DNA of 63,728 bases, the filler included, from Welwitschia mirabilis (taxonomy: Eukaryota), in NCBI GenBank assembly GCA_051453625.1. It is 6 parts of one record of this genome, joined end to end, with 100 filler letters (N's around TTAATTAATTAA, not from the genome) between each part and the next. Parts side by side here need not be neighbours in the genome. Positions count along the whole stretch, not along the records: positions 1 to 22,578 come from JBOZIK010000001.1; 5 more parts are not named here. One strand, 5' to 3'. Below, in pieces: positions 12,000 to 22,678 of the stretch. The notes below the pieces were generated by a model, which searched no databases, was not told the origin of the DNA, and was given only the letters and a program-made list of their open reading frames with translations. How positions within the stretch are numbered: position 1 is the first letter of the stretch; each line of letters begins with the position of its first letter. The translations under genes and the position numbers were made by a program.

Positions 12000-12900
12000 G
12001 ATGCCTCGGTTTAAGCAAGTGGTGTAAAAATCATCCTGACAAGTTTACAAGGCAGGAGAACCAATGGTCATCAAGATCTAATGTTTCCTGCATGTACGAG
12101 AAGCAGGCTACCATTGGAGATTCAAGAAATGTTTTTACTGTGAAGGGACCAAGGCAATAGGGGGTAGTTCCAATGCGCAGAGTTGAGATTTAAAGAGAAG
12201 TCATGTCATTAGCAAAAGTAGGCAATAATCCCAATCTTGGCAGATACAAAGAAGGAGGAAAAGGAAATCTTGAAGATTGCTTGGAAACACAAGAGTTTAA
12301 GAAAGAATGGTCTTGGGGACAATCCAAGGTTACTTATGTATAATTTAAAGTTCCAAGAATGTTTTGGGAATATTGCAATAAAACGGGATGTGTTACTATC
12401 CATGTAAAAGATAATCTTGTTCATACATTTTAATGTCTTTTGAACAAGAGATCTAAATAAATGTCTGATCTAAGATTTGGATAACAGAAATGCACAGAAA
12501 CCATGCCAGAGTACATGGAAATAAGTAAAAAGAGGATGAAAAGCAATGAATTGAATGTCAGTTACTGTGCAGCTTTTTTTTCTTTCAAATAATACTTCTT
12601 GGTTTATCATGGAACCTTGTAAAGTAAAATGGATATAAGGAAACAATGAAAAAGAGATACCAGTGTTTTCAATCATTGGTTAAAGATATCTCCCAAATTA
12701 GTGAGAATTCCACACAAATGGAGTATTTCTGCTTTGCTAGTAGGAACAAGATGTTACTTACCACAGAACCAAGGGGAACATCTACAAGAAGACAATTGCC
12801 ATTTAAAAGTTGCTTAAGCACCATGTTAACAAAACTACATTGAGTTATTCAAAAAGGAAGCTGACATAAACTAGTGGAAGTTTGAAGAATCATGTCAATC
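12000..12900 (+). mobile_element. Heavily decayed copia RT/RNase H-like remnant
   Basis: Only scattered motif-like pieces (DLKRSHVISK, DLDNR); no intact frame. Confidence 0.3.
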
Positions 12901-14538
12901 AATTTGTAATGCTCAAACATAAATGAGAAGAATTAATTAGGGACCCATTATATTAAAAGGAGAAGAAACAAAAATACTCTAGAAAGTACATAATGAGTAA
13001 GCCATTGAAGGGACATGTTATGATAAAGTGTTCTTATATTAATAATTTAGTCAAAACACTCATTCAGTTACTTCTCATTAAGAAGTAAAAGGGATGTTAC
13101 AGAACCAACATATTTGTTCATGTAATCATCCAAAAAGTGTAAGTCTCAAGATTATTCAATCACAAGAATGAATAATATAAGAAGAAGATATAATCCATAA
13201 GGAGGTGCAATGCAATACTGAGCACAGAACCTTGAGAAGTTTTGTAACAAGTACAGCCACCATAATGCATAAGGAGATGTAGTCCTAAGCACAGAACCTC
13301 CACAAGCATTGTGACAAATCCAGTTACAATAACAAAACTCTACAGCATAGTAAGTACAGTAATGGGACCAAGCATGACCACTGGATATATGTTAGTGCAC
13401 AACCTACGAAAGGATATAGCATCAATAATAACCTCAATCATACATGGAAACAATATAAATCCTGTAAAAAATTTCTTCAAGTTATTCATCATTAATTATT
13501 CTTATAATTATCAAAACATAATTTAAAATTTATAATCTCAAATATTTATTTTGTATTCTTACCTCAAAAATCTTATTTACTGATTCAACTAAAAAGGATG
13601 CTAAGTTATTAAATTTATACTCAGAACTCAGCAAAGCCAAAATCACAGCCATTTCTTTGTTGCTTTGAGGAATTTCTGTAGGCGGCCTTTAAGAAATACT
13701 TGTGTTTATTTGCGGTTGTTTGTCAGACTATTCCTCAAAGTATTCATAAAAAAAAAAAATAAGCAATATGACACATTTCAAAATTTTTGAACACAAAGTT
13801 TTTTAATGTAAAAATTTTCAAACTTTTTGAATTTTCAAACTTTTAAAACTTTTTGAAATCTTCAATGTTAAAATTTCTGTACATGAAATTGAAAGGCTCA
13901 AAAATTTCAAACTCAGGATTCTCAAAGTTTTTACATTTTCCAATTTTATGTTCCTGACTGCCTTGCCTTCTACTGTATTGAGTTTTCCTTGCCACCCACT
14001 TTGACCAGCAAGGTCCCATGTCATTGATACCTTATCCTAGAGTTTCTAGTGATTTCTTCTCATTCTGTGTTTTAATCCACCCTTCAGCCAGGCAGAGGTC
14101 CTGTATATGTAAGTCTATTCTCACTTATCTTTTCCAACTTCTTTTTCTTTATGTCACGTGCCATGGCACTGCCTTTGGTGCCTCAGCAATCAGGGCATCC
14201 CAAAGTTCTGTGTCTTTTACACTTCTCTGCTATCTTTATTCTCTTTGGCCATGAATTCTTTTGTTTTTCGTTCTTTGATTTTTATCTCTTGTGTCATCCT
14301 TTGCCTGGTTAGTGTTTATACTTAGATTTTTAGTTAGTGTTTATACTTCATCATGAAATCTCTTATTTTACTTTATTCCCATGTTGTGTTGCCTCTTGAC
14401 AAGCATTACAAAACCTCTTAGAACATGTAACATTTTGCATTTTGCTTATCTTTCTTGAAATATCAGTCTGCATGGTCTTTTTAAGTTTCATGCTGTTGTA
14501 TGGTTACAATTTAACTAAGCTGGACCCATTTCGACCAG

Positions 14539-14707
14539 GACGAACTGTTGACTTGCTTGAAGCTTTGGAAGCTATGGCAAAATACAATCAGCCTATTACA
14601 TCAAGAGCAATGATTGTAGACAGAAAAGGGCGAACCCTTGTAAGCTCCTGGATTGAACCTTTACAGCAAGAAGCAGATTTGGGCTTTGAAGTTGACTACA
14701 TGGAGAG
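14539..14707 (+). CDS. PTAC3: PTAC3/PAP1 internal exon (first visible)
   Basis: CAG|GA acceptor and AG|GTTCAA donor. Encodes (G)RTVDLLEALEAMAKYNQPITSRAMIVDRKGRTLVSSWIEPLQQEADLGFEVDYME(R), matching the recalled pTAC3 RTLVSSWIEPLQEEAELG motif. Confidence 0.92.
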
Positions 14708-15394
14708 GTTCAATTGCTACTGCTGCCATGAATATGGATTCTCTATTCCGATTGGTTTGGTGTATTATCTTTTGGTTCATTAAGGTTGCATATGTGGCAT
14801 TCTGCAACTGTGATCAGGGAGAACTTTATATTTTGTGCTATAAATATCATTTCCCTTATTCATTAAAACACATCTTTGAGGTTTCCTGTTCTAAATAAAG
14901 CCTATCATGATAAAATTACACAGTGAATTCAAATTAAAATTTTTCGAAAGAAAAAGAAAATCGAAATCTAAGACCGATGAGATTAAAATCAATGCAATGA
15001 AAGGTAATGAGTAGAGCTTCGTATTTGTTGTTGGTTGTGGATGTATCTTGTCCTCATGACACGCTTAATATATTTAACTCATTTATCTCTTTTCTTCTTT
15101 TTTACTTCATTTCTCATCATGGATGAATACATCATCATCAGGATGGTTTAGAATTCCTATCTTATTCCTCAAGAAACTCCATATTTTACCATTTAACTAA
15201 ATGAGGATTATCATTCTAATTTTCTTCTTCAATTTGTATTTGATATAATTTATTGCATGTAATTGAGCATCTTAAATCAGATGTCTTCACTTGAAGAAAT
15301 TTTCGACATCTCAGCAGCTGAAATCAACAGTTTTCTTATATTATGTACTTTGATCAACCTGGTTTACAAGTGAAACACATTGAGTCTTTTGCAG

Positions 15395-15866
15395 ATATAT
15401 TTCTGAAGGAGGGTTGACAGGTAATCGTAGGAGATGGTTGCCCCGTCGAGATCTTGATCATCATACTGATCCTGATAGTGAAGGATTCTTTTATACATGT
15501 CCTGCTGAGACTTCATTTAAAGAGCGTTGCCGTTTAAATTTGCAGCAACACTACACGAGACTCTTAAAGAGACTGAAAGGCATGGGAGTAAATGCATTGG
15601 GAGGAAATGCCACTAAAGCTGATGTTGCAAATGCAATGGTAGCTTTAAGAAACAAAGCTGCAGTTGTTATTGACATAGATGAGAGAAAACCAAAAGCAGC
15701 ATATAAGATGACTGTATCTGAGCTAAGGGCAGAACTGGCCGGGCAAGACTTACCTACAGATGGAACCAAGCAAGTTCTTTACCAGAGGGTAATGAAAGCA
15801 AGAAAGGCAAACAAGGCAGAAGGTCGACCTCTTTGGGTTCCACCAGTTTCCCTGGGAGAACCTGAG
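15395..15866 (+). CDS. PTAC3: PTAC3 exon containing the SAP DNA-binding domain
   Basis: TTTTGCAG|A acceptor (phase matches the previous exon) and GAG|GTGATT donor. Encodes YISEGGLTGNRRRW...ETSFKERC...KPKAAYKMTVSELRAELAGQDLPTDGTKQVLYQRVMKAR...GRPLWVPP. Confidence 0.95.
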
Positions 15867-15970
15867 GTGATTATTTTTCTCTATTTAACTTAAGTTTGGT
15901 GTAGTATCTTATAGGGGCTTATAGCATTAAAAATGCTGATTAGAACTGCATTATATGCTTTATTTAACAG

Positions 15971-16294
15971 CTTGTTAAAGAAGATGAGAAATTAGTAGCA
16001 CAGTTGGAAGCAAATCTTGCCAATGACAATTCAGAATATTACAGAAAGAGATTTCTGCAATTGATAGAGGAAGCTGATAGGCAGGATGTTCAAGATTCTT
16101 TACCTCATGCACAATTGAGCGACACAAAACATGAAGAACTCATGCTAAATGCCAATAGTATTACCGATGTTGAAAATGATGAAGATGGGGAGGAATATGG
16201 TGATGATGAAGATGAAGACAATAAGGATGGCAAGGATGCAGATGCAGAAGATGCAGATGCAGAAGACACGGAAAAAGAACCAGAAGATATACAG
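15971..16294 (+). CDS. PTAC3: PTAC3 exon, acidic region
   Basis: AACAG|CTT acceptor, 324 bp, phase 0, with a CAG|GTTTTG donor. Contains NSEYYRKRFL (recalled family motif TEFWKRRFL) followed by a D/E-rich tract. The donor choice is less certain. Confidence 0.8.
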
Positions 16295-16623
16295 GTTTTG
16301 AGTCATAATAGAGGCTGTGTCATTATTGCTTTCGGTTTTAAGATTTATTCAGAGAGTTCTTTTACTAGGATATGATAATTCCTCTGATCAATTTGTTTCT
16401 TTTCCTGTTGGTTTGGCTATTTTATACATATATGACATTTTCCTAAAAGTAGCATTGACTTTTGATAATTGAAGTTTAATAACTTTGCAAAAATACATGT
16501 TATTGATGTGCTATTTCTCACACATTTTTGAGTCTTGAGCTACCACTGAATGCAAGGTGGATCTATGCAAAAGATGCGTCATCTAACAAAAAATAATCTT
16601 AAGAGCATTATGAACAATTTTAG

Positions 16624-16869
16624 GAGGATTCTAAAGTGGAGGCAAATCCTTGTATTGTGCAGGGAAAGGAAAAATTTGAATTTTATTCAGATTTATCTAT
16701 ACCACAGAAATGCAAATTTATGGCAACACAGAAGAGATTTGACATGCCTGACATGTATCGGATAGAAGATGCTTGGGGCTGGAGGTGGGAAAATGAACGC
16801 AGAGCACGAGTTCCTGAGCGGTGGACTCAGGAGAAAGAGGTTGAGCTTGCAATTAAAGTAATGGATAAG
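16624..16869 (+). CDS. PTAC3: PTAC3 exon
   Basis: TTTTAG|GAG acceptor, with an in-frame alternative TGCAG|GGA at 16663. Encodes FDMPDMYRIEDAWGWRWENE...PERWTQEKEVELAIKVMDK. Ends at AAG|GCATGT, a GC donor. Confidence 0.85.
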
Positions 16870-17178
16870 GCATGTATCCCATCTCCTTTACTCTCTTAAT
16901 GAAGGCAAAGTATGAGGGTTTGCATTGTCCTTCGATTTATTTCTGTTTTTTAACTTTGAGATAAGAAAATTTCCCCTCTCTTTTCCTTTTGAATTTTTTG
17001 TAGTTTCGTATTACATTGTTCCTGCCAATTAATTCTGGATTGTAACATCTCTTTCTAGGTTAACACATAAAAGAATCAGCAATGTTCGTTTTACGCTTTT
17101 AAGGAAACCATGCACACCAATCTTAAAGAAAGGCACATTTAGGACTTCTACAAGCAATATGCTAAAGGACAAAAACAA

Positions 17179-17421
17179 TAAATGTGTAATCTTTTAAGAT
17201 ATTATTTAAACCCCACAATTGCTCTATAAAACTTTAAGAAAGTTTAAGGAGAGTATATAAATATGTAATCTTCTCAGATATTATTTTAAGCCAGACAATT
17301 CCTTTATAAAACTTTAAGAAAATGTGAGAATGGTATATAAATGTGTAATCTTCTAAGATGTTATTTTAAGCCAGACAATTGCTCTATAAAACTTTAACAA
17401 AATGTAAGAAGAGTACGTATA
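17179..17421. repeat. Three-copy ~80-bp tandem repeat
   Basis: TAAAT(G/A)TGTAATCTT...TTATTT(T)AA.CC..ACAATT....TATAAAACTTTAA units begin near 17179, 17258 and 17338. Confidence 0.85.
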
Positions 17422-17599
17422 AAGCATGTAGAAAGTGATTGACTGAAGTCAAATCTTTCCCTTAGTTTGTTTCTCTGCTTGTTATGCTGTAAAACTTTCA
17501 CTGTAAAAGAATAAGCATTCTCATATGTTATAAAGGCACTTTTGTATCAGGGGATTATACAGTTAAAAGGAGCTCAATGTGTTTTTTGGGTTTTATCCC

Positions 17600-19450
17600 T
17601 AATGTTAGGATTTCTAACCCTAATGTGAGCATATAAAAGGGAGGTTTATGTTAAGGAAACATGTATGTCTGGTGAACGTAATCTGATCTCTTGGTTTGAG
17701 TGATTGTATGCCTTGTTAAAGCTATTGAGGGTGGCTTGTGTTCTTGGTTCCTCTAATTGAATCAAGAGCTTTGCATTGTTCCTTGGATGTAATGTAGAAA
17801 GGGTACGACCCCTATTAATTTGTGTGTTATTTGTTATTGTTTTATTATGTTGTTTGTCTTTGTTGCCTTTTGCATTACAACTAGTATTAGAGTCCAATAT
17901 AGGGCCTTGTGCTATGAGCAAAGAGGAACAAAATGAAGTAGAGCATGATATAGAGATGCATAGAAGCTCGACAAAGCATATCCATATGATTTTGTGGTTC
18001 TCTTTTTTTGTTGAATGTGTGAAAATGGAGAGATTGCAAACAAACTTGTAAGACAAAACTAGAGTATCTCGAGCATCATGATGAAATATATTTGGTAAAA
18101 AAAAGATTGTGTTGAATTCTTCTAAAACCCTCAATGGCATGATGCAGCTCTTCCATTACCCCTCTAATCTCCCTGTCCTTGGGCATAGGCAACCTAATCT
18201 AGTGATCAACTTCAATGAATTTATTTATCTTGGTCCCCACGTTGGTCAAAAATCTCATGGGCAGCCATAATCCAATTCTCCATATCTTTGGTAATTTCAC
18301 CAGAAATCTACCAATTGCTCCAAAATTGAGGTCACCCTCCCCAACTTTCCATTTATGCATGCTCTAAACTAGGGGGAACCACTTTTCTATTACTATTTCA
18401 AAAAGTAGAGCCCTTTTGTTTAATAGGGTTGTAGGTGAAACTATTAATCATCTCTCCTTAGATTGCATCTATGCCAATAAAATTTGGGTAAAATTCAAAA
18501 ATTTCTAGCCACTGTATCATTATACCTAACACGCTTCCATCTCTTTTCTCACATTGGCGTTGTCCCAATTTAGACAAGCGTTGCAATTTTGCTTGGATCT
18601 CTCGACCTTTTATCCTTCTGTATCAAATCTAGGTAGCAAGAAACACCAATGTCTTACAATTTAAGCTTATGCAACTGCCCTTTGGCCTGGTCCTTAACCC
18701 TAGCCCTATGGGGATATCTGGTAGAGTACAAAGGGGGAATCAGATGGACACCATAACTGTAGTGAATGTTGAAGACCCTTAAAATGAGCATGTTGATGCT
18801 TTGATGTGGAGAGAGAGCCCAAAAGTCTAGCCCTTTACTTACATAAGAGGCTTACAAAAGTTTTTTCAAAAATACATAATATCATGAGCCACAGATTTAC
18901 ATTCTCTTATTGTTGGGACAAAAGATCCCACTGATGATCAAGTGCACTTAGAATAATTACTAGAGGCAGCGATAAATTCATCTAATCTTCATGCGTGTGC
19001 TATGGTTCAGCCTTTACTTTAGCGCCAAGGAAATGCCTTAAAACCTCAAGAATTTCAATTTCTTTGGATAGCTTATATGATGAACTTGATTTCTTCATTT
19101 TATTTGGAACTAGTTTAGACTAAATTGTTTAGGTTATATTATGTTCAATTGTATCTCTAGTGAACTGCTCACTATAGACTACAAGATTTGCTTTTTTGTC
19201 ATTAAAAGATTCTTGATACTATAATTTAATAGTGTTTTGGCATTGACTCGATGTCTTGCAAAACCGAAGCAGCAAACCAAAGTTTAGGATGAGGGTTAAA
19301 GTTCCCTTAACAATAGTTGATAAAATAATTCTTGAAATTAAAGTTAAATAATCCATCTCAATCCATAGCGCAAAGCTAGATCAAGGAATGCTACATTGTG
19401 ATGCTGAGTATTAAATTTGCAAGGAGATGTAGGAAAAGTATGCTTCTTTT
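17600..19450 (+). mobile_element. Very old LTR retrotransposon relic
   Basis: LTR-like block with TATAAAAGG, ending ...ATTACA and followed by a decayed tRNA-Met-like PBS (TAGTATTAGAG, ~17882). No intact frame downstream. Confidence 0.35.
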
Positions 19451-19899
19451 TAATGAGAAAAGTGGACTACAATAGTATTGGTGTTAAAAAGCCCAGACTA
19501 GGTGGGTTGGTGGTGGTAAGCTCATCGGTTGGTACACGGTGTTTGGGGGCGGTGAGTGGTGAGTGGTGAGAAGAAACCCAACGGCACATTCTGGAGATTA
19601 TATTGATTCCCGTAGTTCATGTTACCTTCACTAATGGATGACTTAGCCCATAATACAAATAACTATCTAACCCGTATGTGCCCCTCATAAGAGGGTGGTT
19701 GCTTGTTTATATAACACAAAGGGAATGCATGCATTGCGTTAACACACGATATCATACACTAGTTCAATATAAGCAAAAGCATAGATCTAACCAACTATGC
19801 TACATCAAATTCAAAATGATGATGATGTCTAGCAACAAATAAGATTTGGTGACATCATCTTGATGTAAGCCTAGTTAGACCTTTATTAGGTATAAAGAA

Positions 19900-21000
19900 T
19901 GTAAATCTAATTTTAGGTTTGAAATTTTTTCGTGTACACTTTTGATTTGATTTTTGTAGCCAAGTGGTGGACTTTTGGATTTAATGCCTCCAAGCTGAGG
20001 AATATGTCACTAAAGATTCTTATCTTGTCATGCAGTTCTTTTAATAAGGTTGTGAAATTGAGTTCATTAAGAAGTCTTCTTATAAATCCAAAAGTTATAA
20101 ATTCATAATGAGTTATTAATTTATATTCAATCTTTTTAAACTTGTGATGGCAACTAGAGTGCATTTCACTACATCAACTCCACAAAGTGCAAGAGTTAGT
20201 CCTCCTTAAGTTGGATGATCTAGCTTCCATCCATTACAATGGATTGAAACTTCAAACGCCACAAAAGAAGAGAGATGAGCCTAAGTATATTTTTGATATT
20301 AACCTTCATAAGCTAGGTACTAAAATTTTACTATATCATTTTGTGGTTATTTTAATCTTAAAGAGTCCAAGTCATTATTTGGTTTATTATTTTATTTGTT
20401 TTTCATTCTATAGTTGTTGAGTGCATCGTAGTAGTCCTGTAGGGGGATTTGTCTATACTAGTTCAGGAGCTTGATGGAATGATAGAGTATGGTTCAGAGC
20501 CTAAGCTGAGCCTATTGGTAGCACATCAAATGATTATGTTGTCAAATATCAAGCATGAGGATTATGAGAGATCATTGTGATGATGATAGTGATTTATTGG
20601 AGGATGATGCACCTACTACTAGTACTATTTATCCATAACATACATAGACACAAACTTCATCTACAAGGATGCAAAAGGCAAGGAGTGTGAGAGCATGTGG
20701 AGCTAGTTTTGTTGGACTTGCAAGTAGGGTAGGGGACTCTAGTACTAGAGGTGACAAGGCAGCTACTCCTCTTAAATGTGGTTCTACTAGGATGAAGACA
20801 TCTGTGGGGATTAGGCCTTTCAACATTGAATTGATATGGTGTTGCATTTTACATAGGAACTTTGACATGTTCATTACTTTCACACATTGTTGTTTCATCA
20901 TTTTCGTTTTCATATGACGGTTTCATGTTTAATTCAGCCCTTATAATTTTCCAATTCTATGAGCGACGACCATTTTTTAATTCATATCCGTTGTTTTATT
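19900..21000 (+). mobile_element. Degenerate hAT transposase C-terminus (dimerisation domain)
   Basis: KWWTFGFNASKLRNMSLKILILSCSS (~19960-20040) and KLDDLASIHYN..KLQ (~20205-20255) fit the hAT WW..FG...L...A..IL...CSS / KL.DLVYVHYNL pattern. Confidence 0.65.
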
Positions 21001-21085
21001 TGTTCTCTGACTTCTTTCATGCACTAATGCTTATTTGATCCTCAAAGCACTTAAAATGTTGAAATATACCATAAAAATGTATAAA

Positions 21086-21092
21086 TGTGTGT

Positions 21093-21154
<62 letters not shown>
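21086..21154. repeat. (TG)n microsatellite
   Basis: Direct reading. Confidence 0.97.
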
Positions 21155-21155
<1 letters not shown>

Positions 21156-22578
21156 TTTTCTCTGTTATAGTTTATTAAATTTGATTTTTTAACAGTCCAA
21201 GAAATTTGCTATTAAAGAAATGAGCTCAAAATCTTTGAATAATGAAATATGGAGAAAGAGACATGAAATTTTTGGCAGATCTTCTATGTTAATAACGTGT
21301 TAATCTTGTCATCATTTGCAAACTCATTACTAATTAGGGCAATTATGATAGGCTGAAATCACCAAGCTTACATAATAAAATCAGTAAATTAACCTTCAAT
21401 GAGTTTCAAAACCAATCTAAGAATTCATTTCATAAAGGGCATAAAACAGCCTTACAACCTTGCATTCCTTTATTTATAGAACAATAGTAATAGATCTGGT
21501 TTTCTTCATACAAGAAGCAAGTGATGGTGTAGAACCCTCCCTTCATTCATACATTCCTTTCTTCCTTCATGCCTTCACTGTTCCTCTTCTTTAGAGAGCT
21601 AGGTTTCCATCTCCCCTGGGACGACTTGCCAATGTGCCTCCCTTCTGTTAGATCTTTATCACCCTAGACTGGGAACGAATAGAGTGCTTGTAAAATTTCT
21701 AAGAAACTTGTAACTAAGCCAGAAAAGATGCTAAAGCAATCAAGCAAAAAACAAAAAAGGACACACAGTGTGTTTATTGTGGTCCAATAGAAACCTACTC
21801 TACCCTTAGGGCGCAACGAGAATCCTTCAACTCCATGGTTCCCTTCTAAAATCTTGTCTTTATGAGAAGTACAAGCAAACCTTTCAACTTTAGAGCTTTT
21901 TATCCCCCAAGAAGCTGCCACTCATAATCCAGTGAGTTCACAAGAGAGAATAGTAGTTGATTCTAATACAAGAGGTGCTTATGTGCACTAGGTATCAACT
22001 ATAAGGAAAAAGCAAAGGAGTAAATATAGAGTTTTGCTCATGGGAGATAAGAATAGATTAGAGATAAGAGAAAGAATGTAGTAGCATTAGGAAGGAAGAA
22101 GCCTTTTTATGCATGCACTTCCCAAATGGTTGATGGAGCACTCATAGTAACATTTAAATATTCAAATAGAATCGTTCCTGAGGAATCCCTAACTGATTCC
22201 CAATTAATTCTACCACCTACTGATGGATTTTGATATGATATGGTGTGAACTAATTGACTAATTGTTTTGATTTGAATACACAACTAAACTTTGGATGTCC
22301 CACTACCTAATTGTGTATACTACTATAACTTCTAGGATGATCCACAAAAAGGGCTTGGACTTCCCAAATCTAGTCAAAGGAGCACAACCAGTAGTCATTG
22401 GGATGTCCCATCTAAGAATGTAGGACATCCTAACATGAAACAAAAGACATAATTTGGCCATGAAAAACTTGAAACCTGATTTGAAAAGATGGAATTTGGT
22501 TAACTTTGTTGCAGAAAATATTTTCAATGATGAAGTTTCTAGCTCAAGAAAACAAGAAGTTATCAGCTAGGGACGTCC

Positions 22579-22678
22579 NNNNNNNNNNNNNNNNNNNNNN
22601 NNNNNNNNNNNNNNNNNNNNNNTTAATTAATTAANNNNNNNNNNNNNNNNNNNNNNNNNNNNNNNNNNNNNNNNNNNN
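22579..22678. other. Artificial scaffold linker N44-TTAATTAATTAA-N44 (core also at 33768, 45958, 52375, 59741)
   Basis: The identical 12-mer, with stops in all six frames, is centred in 100-bp gaps five times. Confidence 0.95.

Noticed and set aside
22623-22634. Perfect palindrome TTAATTAATTAA recurring five times
   Set aside because: It is always centred in N44 flanks, so it is an artificial six-frame-stop scaffold linker, not biology.
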